In this document: positions 1 through 9,264 of the stretch, piece by piece
How the letters are laid out: every line of letters starts with the position of its first letter
How positions within the stretch are numbered: position 1 is the stretch's first letter
From: Minisyncoccota bacterium
GTDB lineage: Bacteria; Patescibacteriota; Minisyncoccia; UBA6257; GWB1-50-10
Length of the DNA: 60,128 bases
Direction of reading: 5' to 3'
Assembly (NCBI GenBank): GCA_020059915.1
Contig: JAGVBB010000002.1
Span: 1-60,128, forward strand
Position numbers and translations under genes: made by a program
The notes under the pieces: generated by a model
What the model was told of the DNA's origin: nothing
The model's input: the letters and a program-made list of their open reading frames with translations, nothing else
The model's database searches: none

Positions 1-123
1 CTAGGATTCGAACCAAGGGCGCATAAAAACAAGGAGTATTTATAATACGACTATGTTTTTATTGCGTTTCGACCGAAGGGAGATAAGAATCCTAGTGGGC
101 CTGCCTGCGGTAGGCAGGGGCAC
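1..123 (+). repeat. tRNA-derived unit: antisense T-arm, hairpin spacer, tRNA-3'-end-like copy interrupted by a palindrome
   Basis: ctaggattc (1-9) and gaatcctag (87-95) are inverted repeats; inner stem gcataaaaaca/tgtttttattgc; palindrome at 100-118. Confidence 0.6.
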
Positions 124-130
124 AGACACC

Positions 131-156
131 AAATCCCGACATTTCTGTCGGGATTT
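131..156. terminator. Terminator-like hairpin
   Basis: aaatcccgaca-tttc-tgtcgggattt. Confidence 0.6.
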
Positions 157-194
157 GAATTTTTAATTATCAATTTTTAATTTTTAAATAAAGA

Positions 195-268
195 GGATTC
201 GAACCGCGGGCTGCAGGCTTCGAAGAGAAGCCGAAGATCTCGAACTCAGCAGAGTGAGAGGCGAATCC
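195..268 (-). repeat. 74-nt structured element, copy A
   Basis: Reverse complement aligns ungapped to 49367-49440 at 61/74 (hand count). Confidence 0.85.
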
Positions 269-296
269 TAATTTTTAATAACTATCATAAATAAAA

Positions 297-316
297 ATCC
301 CCCAACATTGGGGGAT
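297..316 (-). terminator. Terminator hairpin after the 84-aa ORF
   Basis: atccccca-acat-tgggggat with A/T-rich flanks. Confidence 0.6.
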
Positions 317-570
317 TATTTTTTATCCAATTCTTTTTTGGAATCATCACAAGAACATAAGCGTCCCTCAAGAATATATTTTTGAGCAAATGCTTCCGCT
401 CCTCCATTATCAACATAGTGAAGCGTTGCCTCTTCTCGGGACGGCTCACGCCCAAGTTTTTGTGACGCATAATACATATTATCGCAACCAAGTATCTCTT
501 TCTTTTCGAGTTCCCAATATTCCGCAAGCGACAATATAAGCTTCCCTGTTTCTGGATCTACTCTCGCCAT
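316..570 (-). CDS. Hypothetical protein, 84 aa
   Basis: AGGAG 6-7 nt before ATG, terminator at the stop, protein-like composition. Confidence 0.75.
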   Translation of the reverse strand: MARVDPETGKLILSLAEYWELEKKEILGCDNMYYASQKLGREPSREEATLHYVDNGGAEAFAQKYILEGRLCSCDDSKKELDKK

Positions 571-656
571 AATAAGCTCCTGGTTATTAAAAATCTAGAA
601 AGAATAATACTCCCAAATATAGGAAAAATAAAGTACTAACTATATATATTAAAACA

Positions 657-685
657 TTGCGAAAATCATTTTTTTGGTTTATAAT
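657..685 (+). promoter_or_regulatory. Sigma70-type promoter
   Basis: TTGCGA-17 nt-TATAAT upstream of the ORF at 718. Confidence 0.6.
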
Positions 686-717
686 ATAATTCTCATTAAC
701 AGGCGAGGTAAAACAAG

Positions 718-885
718 ATGGAAAATAAGGAACGGGGAATGTGCCCCGACTGCAACGGTATTGTTGTTGAAAAAATATATTCGAAATATGACCCGACACC
801 ACCAATGCACGAACCAAAATTCGAATGTACATCATGTAAAAAGAAGTTTGATAAATTTCCTCCTCTATCGGAGGATGAAAAATAA
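718..885 (+). CDS. Small zinc-ribbon protein, 55 aa (absent from the ORF track)
   Basis: Hand translation MENKERGMCPDCNGIVVEKIYSKYDPTPPMHEPKFECTSCKKKFDKFPPLSEDEK; two CxxC; GAGGT SD; promoter and terminator present. Confidence 0.8.
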   Translation: MENKERGMCPDCNGIVVEKIYSKYDPTPPMHEPKFECTSCKKKFDKFPPLSEDEK

Positions 886-908
886 AACCGCTGAAAAGCG
901 GTTTTTTA
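884..908. terminator. Bidirectional terminator between the Zn-ribbon ORF and nrdJ
   Basis: aaaaccgct-gaaa-agcggtttt. Confidence 0.7.
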
Positions 909-911
909 TTT

Positions 912-3635
912 TTATGAACACCCCCCCGAAGAACTTCCACACTGAAGACAGGTTTGGCAGGTGCCCGTCCGAACCATCATGCCTCCACATTTTTTACATA
1001 CCGTATCCCCTGCTGTTTGTCCCTTCTGATAAGTAGTAGTACTCTCTTTATATTCTTCCTTCTTCGTGGCAACAGAAACGGGTTCTTTTAATTCTCTTAT
1101 CCCCATGTGTTCTTCTCCAATTACTGGATTCATACCAAATTCGGAAAGATCATCCACTGAAAGAAAGCGCAATGAAAGATATCTAAAAATATAGTCGGCA
1201 ATACTTGTCGCAATTTTAATGTTTGGATTTTCAGTAAATCCAGCTGGCTCAAAACGTGTATAGATAAACTTTCGCGCAAACTCTCTAAATGGGACGCCAT
1301 ATTGCAATGCCATTGATACAGAAATCGCAAATGTATCAAGAAGTCCGGAAAGTGTGCTTCCTTGCTTTGACATACGAATAAAGATTTCTGCTAATGTTCC
1401 ATCCTCAAACATTCCATAAGTAAGGTATCCGCTATGTCCTGCTATAGAAAATTTATGAGTTTCAGAAACGCGTGTCATAGGAAGTTTTTTACGCAAAGGA
1501 ACTTCTGTGTGTCCCGCTGGTGTCTTCTTTTCTTTTTTCTCGGAAGTATTGAGTGGTTGTGTCGCTTTTGACCCATCGCGATATACCGCAAATGCTTTGA
1601 TCCCCAATTTCCACGCCATTGTGTACGATTCTGCAATTTCTTCAACACTTGTTTCGTGTGACATGTTGAACGTTTTTGAAATTGCTCCAGAAATAAATGG
1701 CTGTACTGCCGCAACCATTTTTACATGTCCTTTCCAAGAAATAGTTCGTGTTCCTTTCGCCGGACGAACAGCACAATCAAATACAGGAAGATGCGATTCT
1801 TTTAAGTGGGGTGCATTTTCAATTGTCCCCTCACTTGCTATCCATGCGACAATATCATTTTTTTCTGTTTCATTGTATCCAAGTTTTGTGAGAGCTGATT
1901 CAATACTCGTATTCACAATCTTCATCCATCCGCCACCAACAAGTTGTTTCATCTTCACAATAGAAAAATCTGGTTCAACACCCGTCGTATCACAATCCAT
2001 CATGAATGAAATTGTTCCCGTAGGAGCAAGCACAGTAACCTGCGCATTTCTATATCCCGATTTTTCTCCCATTTCATATGCCTCATCCCAAACAATTTCT
2101 GCCTCTTTTGCTAATTTTTTATCATCCAAATACATCGTATCAATTTCACGTGATGCCGTTTGATGCATTTTAATCACATTAAGCATTGGATCCTTGTTCA
2201 ATTCATATACTTCAAACGCTCCCATCCGCTTTGCAATTACCGAAGAAAATCTATACGCCTCTCCAGACATAAGTGAGGTAATTGCTCCTGCCCACGCTCG
2301 CCCCTCTTCTGAGTCATATGGAATTCCCTTAGTCATAAGGAGTGCCCCTAGATTGGCGTATCCAAGGCCTAATTGCCTCATTTTATGGGTGTTTTCCCCT
2401 ATTCTCTCTGTTGGATAGCTTGATGCATCTACGATAATGTCCTGGGCCAAAATAAACATATCAACTGCATGTCTAAACTCTTTTACCATAAACGATCCAT
2501 CTGCTCTCACAAATTTCATTAAGTTAATAGAAGCAAGGTTACACGCTGAATTATCAACATGCATATATTCTGAACATGGGTTTGATGCGTTGATGCGCCC
2601 AGAATTTGGACATGTGTGCCACTTATTAATTGTTGTATCAAATTGCACACCTGGATCTCCACACTCCCATGCGGCTTTTGCAATTTCTTGTAAAACATCT
2701 CGCGCTCTATATGTTTCTGCGATACGTTTTGATGTTACATATTTTGTTTGCCAATCTGCGTCTTTTTCAACAGCATCCATAAATTCATCGGAAATACGAA
2801 TAGAGTTGTTTGCATTCTGATATTGAATTGAATTCCATGCTTCATCATTCAAATCTCCCATGTTGTATCCCGCATCCATAAGTGCATGAATCTTTTTTTC
2901 TTCTTCTGATTTCACACGAATAAATTCCAAAATATCTGGATGATCAATATTTAACACAACCATCTTTGCTGCACGTCGTGTAGTGCCTCCAGATTTTATC
3001 ATTCCCGCAACAGAATCTGCTCCACGCATAAATGAAACCGGACCAGATGCATGTCCACCTTTAGAAAGTGATTCATTCTTTGCGCGTAATGAAGAAAGAT
3101 TTATTCCAGCACCAGAACCACCTTTGAAAATCATTCCCTCAGTTTTTATCCAATCAAGTATGGATCGCATATCGTCTTCAACAGAAAGAATGAAACATGC
3201 AGAACATTGTGGGCGCTCTTTTGTCCCCACATTAAACCAAACAGGACTATTAAACGATCCTCTTTGGTGTAATAGAATGTGTGTTAATTCATCTTCAAAA
3301 ATTTGTGCCTGTTTTATGTTTGTAAAATATCCAAACTTTTCCCCCCACGTACGAATTGTCTTTGCAACTCGTGTTATCATTTGTTTCAAACTTTCTTCAC
3401 GCTCTGGAGATCCTAATTTTCCACGAAAATATTTTGATACAGTAATATTTACTGCATTCGGAGACCAAGATTCAGGAAACTCGACATGCTCTTGTTTAAA
3501 TGAGGCAACACTCGCATCGCGAAAAACCCATTTCACTTCATCGAACGGATGTATGTTCTCTTTTGTAAACATACGACGAAATGCAATCTGACTTTTTGTT
3601 TTTACATTAATTTTGTCGAGTTTCTTTATTGCCAT
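912..3635 (-). CDS. nrdJ: Class II (B12-dependent) ribonucleotide reductase with TSCPD-like domain and C-terminal zinc ribbon
   Basis: FNSPVW, QCSACFI, ASNPCSEY, CNLASIN, APTGTIS and YRDGSK motifs; C-terminal CKKC..CLQC..GGCS. Confidence 0.95.
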   Translation of the reverse strand: MAIKKLDKINVKTKSQIAFRRMFTKENIHPFDEVKWVFRDASVASFKQEHVEFPESWSPNAVNITVSKYFRGKLGSPEREESLKQMITRVAKTIRTWGEKFGYFTNIKQAQIFEDELTHILLHQRGSFNSPVWFNVGTKERPQCSACFILSVEDDMRSILDWIKTEGMIFKGGSGAGINLSSLRAKNESLSKGGHASGPVSFMRGADSVAGMIKSGGTTRRAAKMVVLNIDHPDILEFIRVKSEEEKKIHALMDAGYNMGDLNDEAWNSIQYQNANNSIRISDEFMDAVEKDADWQTKYVTSKRIAETYRARDVLQEIAKAAWECGDPGVQFDTTINKWHTCPNSGRINASNPCSEYMHVDNSACNLASINLMKFVRADGSFMVKEFRHAVDMFILAQDIIVDASSYPTERIGENTHKMRQLGLGYANLGALLMTKGIPYDSEEGRAWAGAITSLMSGEAYRFSSVIAKRMGAFEVYELNKDPMLNVIKMHQTASREIDTMYLDDKKLAKEAEIVWDEAYEMGEKSGYRNAQVTVLAPTGTISFMMDCDTTGVEPDFSIVKMKQLVGGGWMKIVNTSIESALTKLGYNETEKNDIVAWIASEGTIENAPHLKESHLPVFDCAVRPAKGTRTISWKGHVKMVAAVQPFISGAISKTFNMSHETSVEEIAESYTMAWKLGIKAFAVYRDGSKATQPLNTSEKKEKKTPAGHTEVPLRKKLPMTRVSETHKFSIAGHSGYLTYGMFEDGTLAEIFIRMSKQGSTLSGLLDTFAISVSMALQYGVPFREFARKFIYTRFEPAGFTENPNIKIATSIADYIFRYLSLRFLSVDDLSEFGMNPVIGEEHMGIRELKEPVSVATKKEEYKESTTTYQKGQTAGDTVCKKCGGMMVRTGTCQTCLQCGSSSGGCS

Positions 3636-3731
3636 AACTTTACTGTATCACAGGTAAAAATCTTTACTATGTACATAACCACCCGACAAGAAAGAAAACG
3701 GGACAAACTGTCCACTTTTTTGCGAATGTGT

Positions 3732-3760
3732 AAAAACTCCCCAATATATGGAGAGTTTTT
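3732..3760 (-). terminator. Terminator after ftsZ
   Basis: aaaaactcccc-aatatat-ggagagttttt. Confidence 0.6.
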
Positions 3761-3776
3761 TATATGATATATACGT

Positions 3777-5000
3777 TTATTTCTTCTTTTTTCTTAAAAA
3801 TGCTGGAATTTCCCACTCCTCTTCTTCTTTTTCTTCCTGAGTCTTCTGTTTTTCTTCAGTGTTTTTCGTTTTTTCTTTTACTTCCTCCATTTTTGGGCTT
3901 TCATGATGCAAAACCTTCGGTATTTCTTCGGTCATAAATAATGTGGGGGCTATCATCCGTTGAGAAAATACTCCATTAAAGCCCGTTGCAATGACGGTCA
4001 CCTTAATACTCTTATCTTTTAGACTTCTATCATAATAAGATCCAAAAATAACACGAGCGTTTGCATCAAGTCCGCTAGAAACAGCGTTTGCAATCTCCTG
4101 TATTTCTGTCATTTTAATATCTTTTCCACCTGCAATGCTAAACAAGACACTCCGCGCTCCATCAATAGATATTTCAAGAAGCGGAGAATTAAGTGCTGAT
4201 TGTATTGCTTTTACCGAGCGCTCCTGTCCGGACCCGATACCGATGCCAATGAGTGTTGTTCCCGCGTCTTTCAATGTTGCTTTTACATCAGCAAAGTCAA
4301 CATTGATTAACCCTGGTGTATTGATAAGTTCTGCAAGTGATTGAACGGCATTTTTTAGTACCTCATCAATAAATCCAAATGCTCGCGCCATGGAAGTATC
4401 TCTATCAATCAAACTAAATATTCTATCGTTTGGGATTACCACCAATGCATCAACCTTATCCTTCAATCGCGTTATTCCCTCTTGGGCAATTTGTGCGCGT
4501 TGTGAACCCTCAAACATAAACGGCTTTGTAACAATCCCAATAGTAAGAATTCCTTTTTCTTTCGCAATCTCTGCAACAACCGGAGCACCACCGCTTCCTG
4601 TTCCTCCACCAAATCCCGCAGTAACAAAAACAATATCTGCACCATCAATAAGTTCACCAATTTCAGAACGATTTTCTTCCGCCGCCTGCTTTCCAATTTC
4701 TGGATTCATTCCAGCACCAAGTCCACGTGTTAATGCTTTTCCGATATATACCTTTCGATGAGCAGAAACAAAATCAAGATCTTGTGCATCAGTATTTACT
4801 GCAATAAACTCAACACCACGAACTCTTTCTGGAGATTCCATCATTCGTGAAATTGCATTTCCCCCACCACCACCAACACCAATAACTTTTATTTTTGCTG
4901 GTTGTATAGAAGATTTTTTTACTACTTTTTGTGATTTAGGAATTTTCTCCTCAATAATATTCTTTGCCGGTTTCTTTGATTTTGTTTCTTTTTTCTTCAT
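3777..5000 (-). CDS. ftsZ: Cell division GTPase FtsZ
   Basis: GVGGGGGN, GGGTGSG and INVDFAD motifs; C-terminal EIPAFLR. Confidence 0.98.
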   Translation of the reverse strand: MKKKETKSKKPAKNIIEEKIPKSQKVVKKSSIQPAKIKVIGVGGGGGNAISRMMESPERVRGVEFIAVNTDAQDLDFVSAHRKVYIGKALTRGLGAGMNPEIGKQAAEENRSEIGELIDGADIVFVTAGFGGGTGSGGAPVVAEIAKEKGILTIGIVTKPFMFEGSQRAQIAQEGITRLKDKVDALVVIPNDRIFSLIDRDTSMARAFGFIDEVLKNAVQSLAELINTPGLINVDFADVKATLKDAGTTLIGIGIGSGQERSVKAIQSALNSPLLEISIDGARSVLFSIAGGKDIKMTEIQEIANAVSSGLDANARVIFGSYYDRSLKDKSIKVTVIATGFNGVFSQRMIAPTLFMTEEIPKVLHHESPKMEEVKEKTKNTEEKQKTQEEKEEEEWEIPAFLRKKKK

Positions 5001-5073
5001 GATTTAATTCGTATTACTTTTGTTATTATATTGAATCCCTTTATTACTACCACACAATACACATGAACACAAT

Positions 5074-6300
5074 TTACGGGGTGAGGTTCTTCATAAACGA
5101 CTTAAATTTGTCGAAAATTCCAGAATTCCAGACCTCCTGTTTTTCCTCGTGCATGCCCCACAAAAGAAGTCCTAGCGCTGGAGCAAACTCCGGATCGTCA
5201 AGTAAATCATGATATGTTGGGGTGGCAATCTCAAATGGTGTTAAGTCGGGGAAACCAACTTGTGTGGGAAGTTTTAACTTCTCTCGCACATACTCGGTAA
5301 GTCCAGGCAGTTTAACTCCCCCACCAGTAATAACCACACCACCAGGAAGTTGTAGAGCTCTCCCTAATGCTGTTAGGTCTTTACCAATTATATCTACGAT
5401 TTGTTCCAGCCGCGCTTCAATAATTTCACATAAAAATCTTTTTGAAATTTCCCCATGAGCAGAAGAATCAATGTCTGCAAGATTGATAACTTCTTTTTTT
5501 GGTATTGTTCGGGAAATTGCATATCCATATCCAACTTTTAATTTCTCTGCGATGGGAATAGAGGTAGTAAATCCAATTGCTATATCATTTGTCACATATC
5601 CCATTCCAATAGGAATACATTTTGTGTGGAGAATTTTTCCTTCCTCATAAATAGAAACAGTGGTAGTGCCAAATCCAAAATCAATTAAAAGCACGCCAAG
5701 ATCTTTTTGTCGTTTTGAAAGTGTGGAACGGGCTGCAGCAAGAGGATTAAAAATAACTCCACCAACAGTAAGTCCAGCACGTTCCGCGTTCTTTAATAAA
5801 ATATTTACATGTGGGGCAAATGCCTCAACAATTAACGTACTTACCTCAAGACGATTTCCTGTCATCCCTAGTGGGTCTGCAATATCGCCAACATCATCAA
5901 CAAAAAATTCCCTAACAATGTTGTGGAGCACTAACTTATTATTCGCAAGTTTTACCGCTCGAGACGCTTGGACTACTCGATCAACATCATCTTGTTGAAT
6001 CTCTTGATCTGCTCGAGCAACCGCAACAATACCGCGGGACATTCTTGACCACACCTGTTCACTGGAAAAATTTAAAAATACATTTTTTGTTGCGCTCTTG
6101 GAAATTCGTTCTAGATCTTGAGCAATATTCCTTAGCGATTGACTCGCATCTTCAACATCAACCAATACACCGCGCTTGAAACCCTGTGAGGGTTGTTTGA
6201 ATGCGGTGATAACAGAAAGCGTTCCATCCTTTTTGGGGGTAGCAACAACACCTTTTATCTGTGCTGAGCCAATATCTAAAGCGGTAATAATTGTTGACAT
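5074..6300 (-). CDS. ftsA: Cell division protein FtsA
   Basis: ALDIGS, LIDFGFGTT and VITGGG actin-fold motifs; adjacent to ftsZ. Confidence 0.95.
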   Translation of the reverse strand: MSTIITALDIGSAQIKGVVATPKKDGTLSVITAFKQPSQGFKRGVLVDVEDASQSLRNIAQDLERISKSATKNVFLNFSSEQVWSRMSRGIVAVARADQEIQQDDVDRVVQASRAVKLANNKLVLHNIVREFFVDDVGDIADPLGMTGNRLEVSTLIVEAFAPHVNILLKNAERAGLTVGGVIFNPLAAARSTLSKRQKDLGVLLIDFGFGTTTVSIYEEGKILHTKCIPIGMGYVTNDIAIGFTTSIPIAEKLKVGYGYAISRTIPKKEVINLADIDSSAHGEISKRFLCEIIEARLEQIVDIIGKDLTALGRALQLPGGVVITGGGVKLPGLTEYVREKLKLPTQVGFPDLTPFEIATPTYHDLLDDPEFAPALGLLLWGMHEEKQEVWNSGIFDKFKSFMKNLTP

Positions 6301-6347
6301 AGTTTCAGTAAAAAAATCTCAAATTCTTGGGACCAACAAAAAAGAAT

Positions 6348-6776
6348 TTAAGATCGTGCAATAAAAGAAAGAATCTCATCTTCGACCCTTTCCATTATTA
6401 TCCTATCACGTTTTGTCTCGTGCGTGTATCCAAGAAGATGAAGCGTGCCGTGAACGGCAAGAAGTTCAATATCTTGTTTTTTTTTCTTTATAAATTCCGG
6501 AGCAAGATAGATTTCTCCAAGATACCCTATGATGTCCATACGAGGAAATCCATCAACCTCAAAGCTCAGTACATTGGTAGTTTTATTTTTTTTCCGAGTT
6601 AATTTACTGATGGTTTTCATTTCTGCGTTCGTTACTACATGAAGTTCCACAACCCCCTTTTTTTTCATTTTTTTGAGGGTTTTTATACAAACATCCCGAG
6701 CAACTGATGCATATCCATCAAACTCCTTTTTTGATACAAACAGAACAACAGAATCCATATACTGTTCATTGTACAT
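6348..6776 (-). CDS. ybeY: rRNA maturation RNase YbeY (start uncertain)
   Basis: TNVLSF, LGEIYLA, HGTLHLLGYTH (H3XH5XH-like). Confidence 0.92.
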   Translation of the reverse strand: MYNEQYMDSVVLFVSKKEFDGYASVARDVCIKTLKKMKKKGVVELHVVTNAEMKTISKLTRKKNKTTNVLSFEVDGFPRMDIIGYLGEIYLAPEFIKKKKQDIELLAVHGTLHLLGYTHETKRDRIIMERVEDEILSFIARS

Positions 6777-6800
6777 CAAAAAATCGGTTTCCAAAATTTA

Positions 6801-6829
6801 AAAAAATATCCCCCTTTGGGGATATTTTT
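6801..6829 (-). terminator. Terminator hairpin
   Basis: aaaaaatatcccc-cttt-ggggatattttt. Confidence 0.6.
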
Positions 6830-7286
6830 ATTTGAGTAATCCTTTAAGAATATTTGTCACCAACTGAGCATCTGCCTTTCCTTTTAAATCTTTCATAACA
6901 ACTCCCATGACCTTCCCAAAATCTGATGCGGGTGGATTTCCTAATTCATCTACTTTTTTCTTTACTACATCTTTAATTTCTTCCTCCCCCATCTGTGGCG
7001 GAAGATATATCTCAATAATTTTAAGTTCTGCTAGTTCCTTTTCAGCTAAATCGGCACGTCCACCTTTTTCATATAACTCTATCGCCTCACGACGTTTTTT
7101 TACTTCTCGTGTTACCACCTCTATTACTTCTTCTTCGGTAAGTTCTCCCGTACCAGTTTTTCCACGTTTCTCAATTTCTTTATTTTTAAATGCAGCGATT
7201 ACAAGGCGAAGTGTCTCTACTACTGCCATATTCTTTGCTTTTAACGATTGCTCATAATCACCAACTATTTTTCCCTGTGTTTCCAT
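6828..7286 (-). CDS. GatB/YqeY domain protein
   Basis: KKRREAIELYEKGGRADLAEKE, YLPPQM, GKVMG; ATG at 7286. Confidence 0.92.
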   Translation of the reverse strand: METQGKIVGDYEQSLKAKNMAVVETLRLVIAAFKNKEIEKRGKTGTGELTEEEVIEVVTREVKKRREAIELYEKGGRADLAEKELAELKIIEIYLPPQMGEEEIKDVVKKKVDELGNPPASDFGKVMGVVMKDLKGKADAQLVTNILKGLLK

Positions 7287-7338
7287 ATCACCATAATACC
7301 ACAACAAAAATTAACAAAAAACGCCTTTAGGCGTTTTT

Positions 7339-7554
7339 TTATTTGTGACCATATTTTTTCACCTTTACCAACTCGTCTCGTTTTTCAATGCGATACAATG
7401 CTGCATCACGTCGTTTTGTGCGATTCGCTGGTCGGGTAGTAAATGTTCGCTTTCGAGTTTCTTTTACCAATCCACTCTGCTGTACTTTTCGATTAAATCG
7501 ATAGATAAGTGAGTTTATTGCCTCGTTTTCGCGCTTTCTTGCTTCAATTGCCAT
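7339..7554 (-). CDS. rpsU: 30S ribosomal protein S21
   Basis: 71-aa basic protein; ENEAINSLIYRFNRKVQQSG resembles bS21; rpsU-yqeY synteny. Confidence 0.85.
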   Translation of the reverse strand: MAIEARKRENEAINSLIYRFNRKVQQSGLVKETRKRTFTTRPANRTKRRDAALYRIEKRDELVKVKKYGHK

Positions 7555-7556
7555 AC

Positions 7557-7970
7557 TTATATGTTTATAATTCTATTTTTTGTTTCTGTCAACGATTCTT
7601 TGGGTGGATTTTCAACAACACTATGAATTGACTTACCCTTATCATCTTTCCATCGAGGAATGATATGAATGTGCAAATGATCAACTGCCTGCCCCGCCCA
7701 CTTTCCATGATTGATCCCGATAGTGAATCCATCTGGCTTTAATGTTGTCTTTAGAAGTTCCGTAACCTTTTTTACCGCAGAAAAAATGTGCCGTTCTTTA
7801 TCATCGGGGACATCAAGGATGGTCTCTGCGTGGGCTTTTGGAAGTATCATGGTGTGCCCCGGAGAAATCGGATGAATATCCAACACAGCACGAACGTATT
7901 CATCTTCATAAATTGTTTCTGAAGAAAATTCACCATTTGCAATCTTACAAAAAATACAATGTTCTTCCAT
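7557..7970 (-). CDS. HIT family protein
   Basis: CIFCKI, GQAVDHLHIHIIPR. Confidence 0.95.
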   Translation of the reverse strand: MEEHCIFCKIANGEFSSETIYEDEYVRAVLDIHPISPGHTMILPKAHAETILDVPDDKERHIFSAVKKVTELLKTTLKPDGFTIGINHGKWAGQAVDHLHIHIIPRWKDDKGKSIHSVVENPPKESLTETKNRIINI

Positions 7971-7973
7971 GTG

Positions 7974-9263
7974 TTATTTGAGCCATTTGCGAACCTGTTC
8001 GGCTAATTTTTCAGTAACCAATGTTTCTTGCGCCCCTGTTTTTATATTTCGAATCATTACTGTTCCTTCAAATGCTTCTTTTTGACCAACAATAAGCGCT
8101 ATACCCGCTTCTTTCTCTGCTGCTTTTAATTGCAATCGTAGTGTTTTCTTTCCCAATTCTTCTGCAACAGGAATACCAACACCCCGAAGTTCATTAATAA
8201 GACGAACACTCATTTTTTTTGCCTGCTCACCAACTGCTATGAAAAATACCTTTGGTTTTTCTTTTTTCTGTGGATGAAGCCCTTTTGCTTTCATTCTATC
8301 CATAATTCTCTGGAGACTAAGTGCAACACCAACACCAGGAATTGTTTTTCCAAACAACATATCCGCAAGATAATCGTATCGTCCACCGCCAGCAAGAGAT
8401 AATGGATTATCTCCAGAAATTACTTCAAATATGGTCCGATTGTAATATTCCTTTTCACGAACAAAATATGGATCTGGTTCATATGCAATTCCATTTTCCT
8501 CAACGAACTCGAGAACAGACTTGAAATGGTTGTTACAACCCTGACAAAGAAAATCTAGAATAATTGGTGCCTCCTTGTGTATTGCTTTACATGAAGAATT
8601 TTCACAGAGAAAACAATGCATCGGATTTCCTTCAATTGTTTCCTTGCAATCCTCACACAATTTTTGTTTTTTTAAATATGCCCGTAATTTATCTCGATAG
8701 TTCGTTCTACATACTTTGCATCCAACAGTGTTTATTTTTACTTTCAAATCGGTAAACTTGAGTTGTTTTAACATTCCCATGGCAACCAACATAACCTGAA
8801 CGTCATATACAGGATCATTATCTCCAACAATATCAAAGCCCCACTGTTTTACTTCTCGCTCGAATCCATCTTTTATCGGTCCATTTCTGAACACCGGCCC
8901 ATAATGATATACACGAAGCGGTGAGGAAAAATATCCCAATCGATGCTCAACGTAACTACGAAGCACTGGCGCCGAGAGATCGCTCCGGAGAGCAAATCTT
9001 CCTTCCTTAGTTTCTATTTCAAACAAACGTTTTTTTGCAATATCTTTTTCAACTCCTGCGCTTCTTAAAAACAAATCAGTGCTTTCAATGATTGGTGTCT
9101 CTATGTATGCAAAATCATAAATCTCTGCGATTGCCCGCCCAGAATCAATAATTGCCCGCCACCACTCCCCATCCTTTGGATGTATATCCCTCATTCCTGA
9201 AACGCTAGCGATATCCTGTGAACTTTTTGTCTTTTTTTGTTTTATCTTTTTTTGTGTTGGCAT
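7974..9263 (-). CDS. hisS: Histidyl-tRNA synthetase family protein with degenerate catalytic motifs
   Basis: SGMRD, ETPIIE, GGGRYD and C-terminal anticodon-binding domain; motif 2/3 and His-pocket residues altered. Confidence 0.8.
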   Translation of the reverse strand: MPTQKKIKQKKTKSSQDIASVSGMRDIHPKDGEWWRAIIDSGRAIAEIYDFAYIETPIIESTDLFLRSAGVEKDIAKKRLFEIETKEGRFALRSDLSAPVLRSYVEHRLGYFSSPLRVYHYGPVFRNGPIKDGFEREVKQWGFDIVGDNDPVYDVQVMLVAMGMLKQLKFTDLKVKINTVGCKVCRTNYRDKLRAYLKKQKLCEDCKETIEGNPMHCFLCENSSCKAIHKEAPIILDFLCQGCNNHFKSVLEFVEENGIAYEPDPYFVREKEYYNRTIFEVISGDNPLSLAGGGRYDYLADMLFGKTIPGVGVALSLQRIMDRMKAKGLHPQKKEKPKVFFIAVGEQAKKMSVRLINELRGVGIPVAEELGKKTLRLQLKAAEKEAGIALIVGQKEAFEGTVMIRNIKTGAQETLVTEKLAEQVRKWLK

Positions 9264-9264
9264 A

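Noticed and set aside
728-772. ggggaatgtgccccgactgcaacggta resembling a cobalamin riboswitch near nrdJ
   Set aside because: It is downstream of nrdJ and on the other strand, lacks the full consensus, and is explained as the MCPDCNG codons of the zinc-ribbon ORF.
587-1036. ORFs 587-940 (-) and 674-1036 (+)
   Set aside because: They overlap the better-supported 718-885 gene and the nrdJ end, and have no motifs.
3739-3753. NrdR-box-like ccccaatatatggag upstream of nrdJ
   Set aside because: It coincides with the ftsZ terminator hairpin and no second box is visible; ambiguous.
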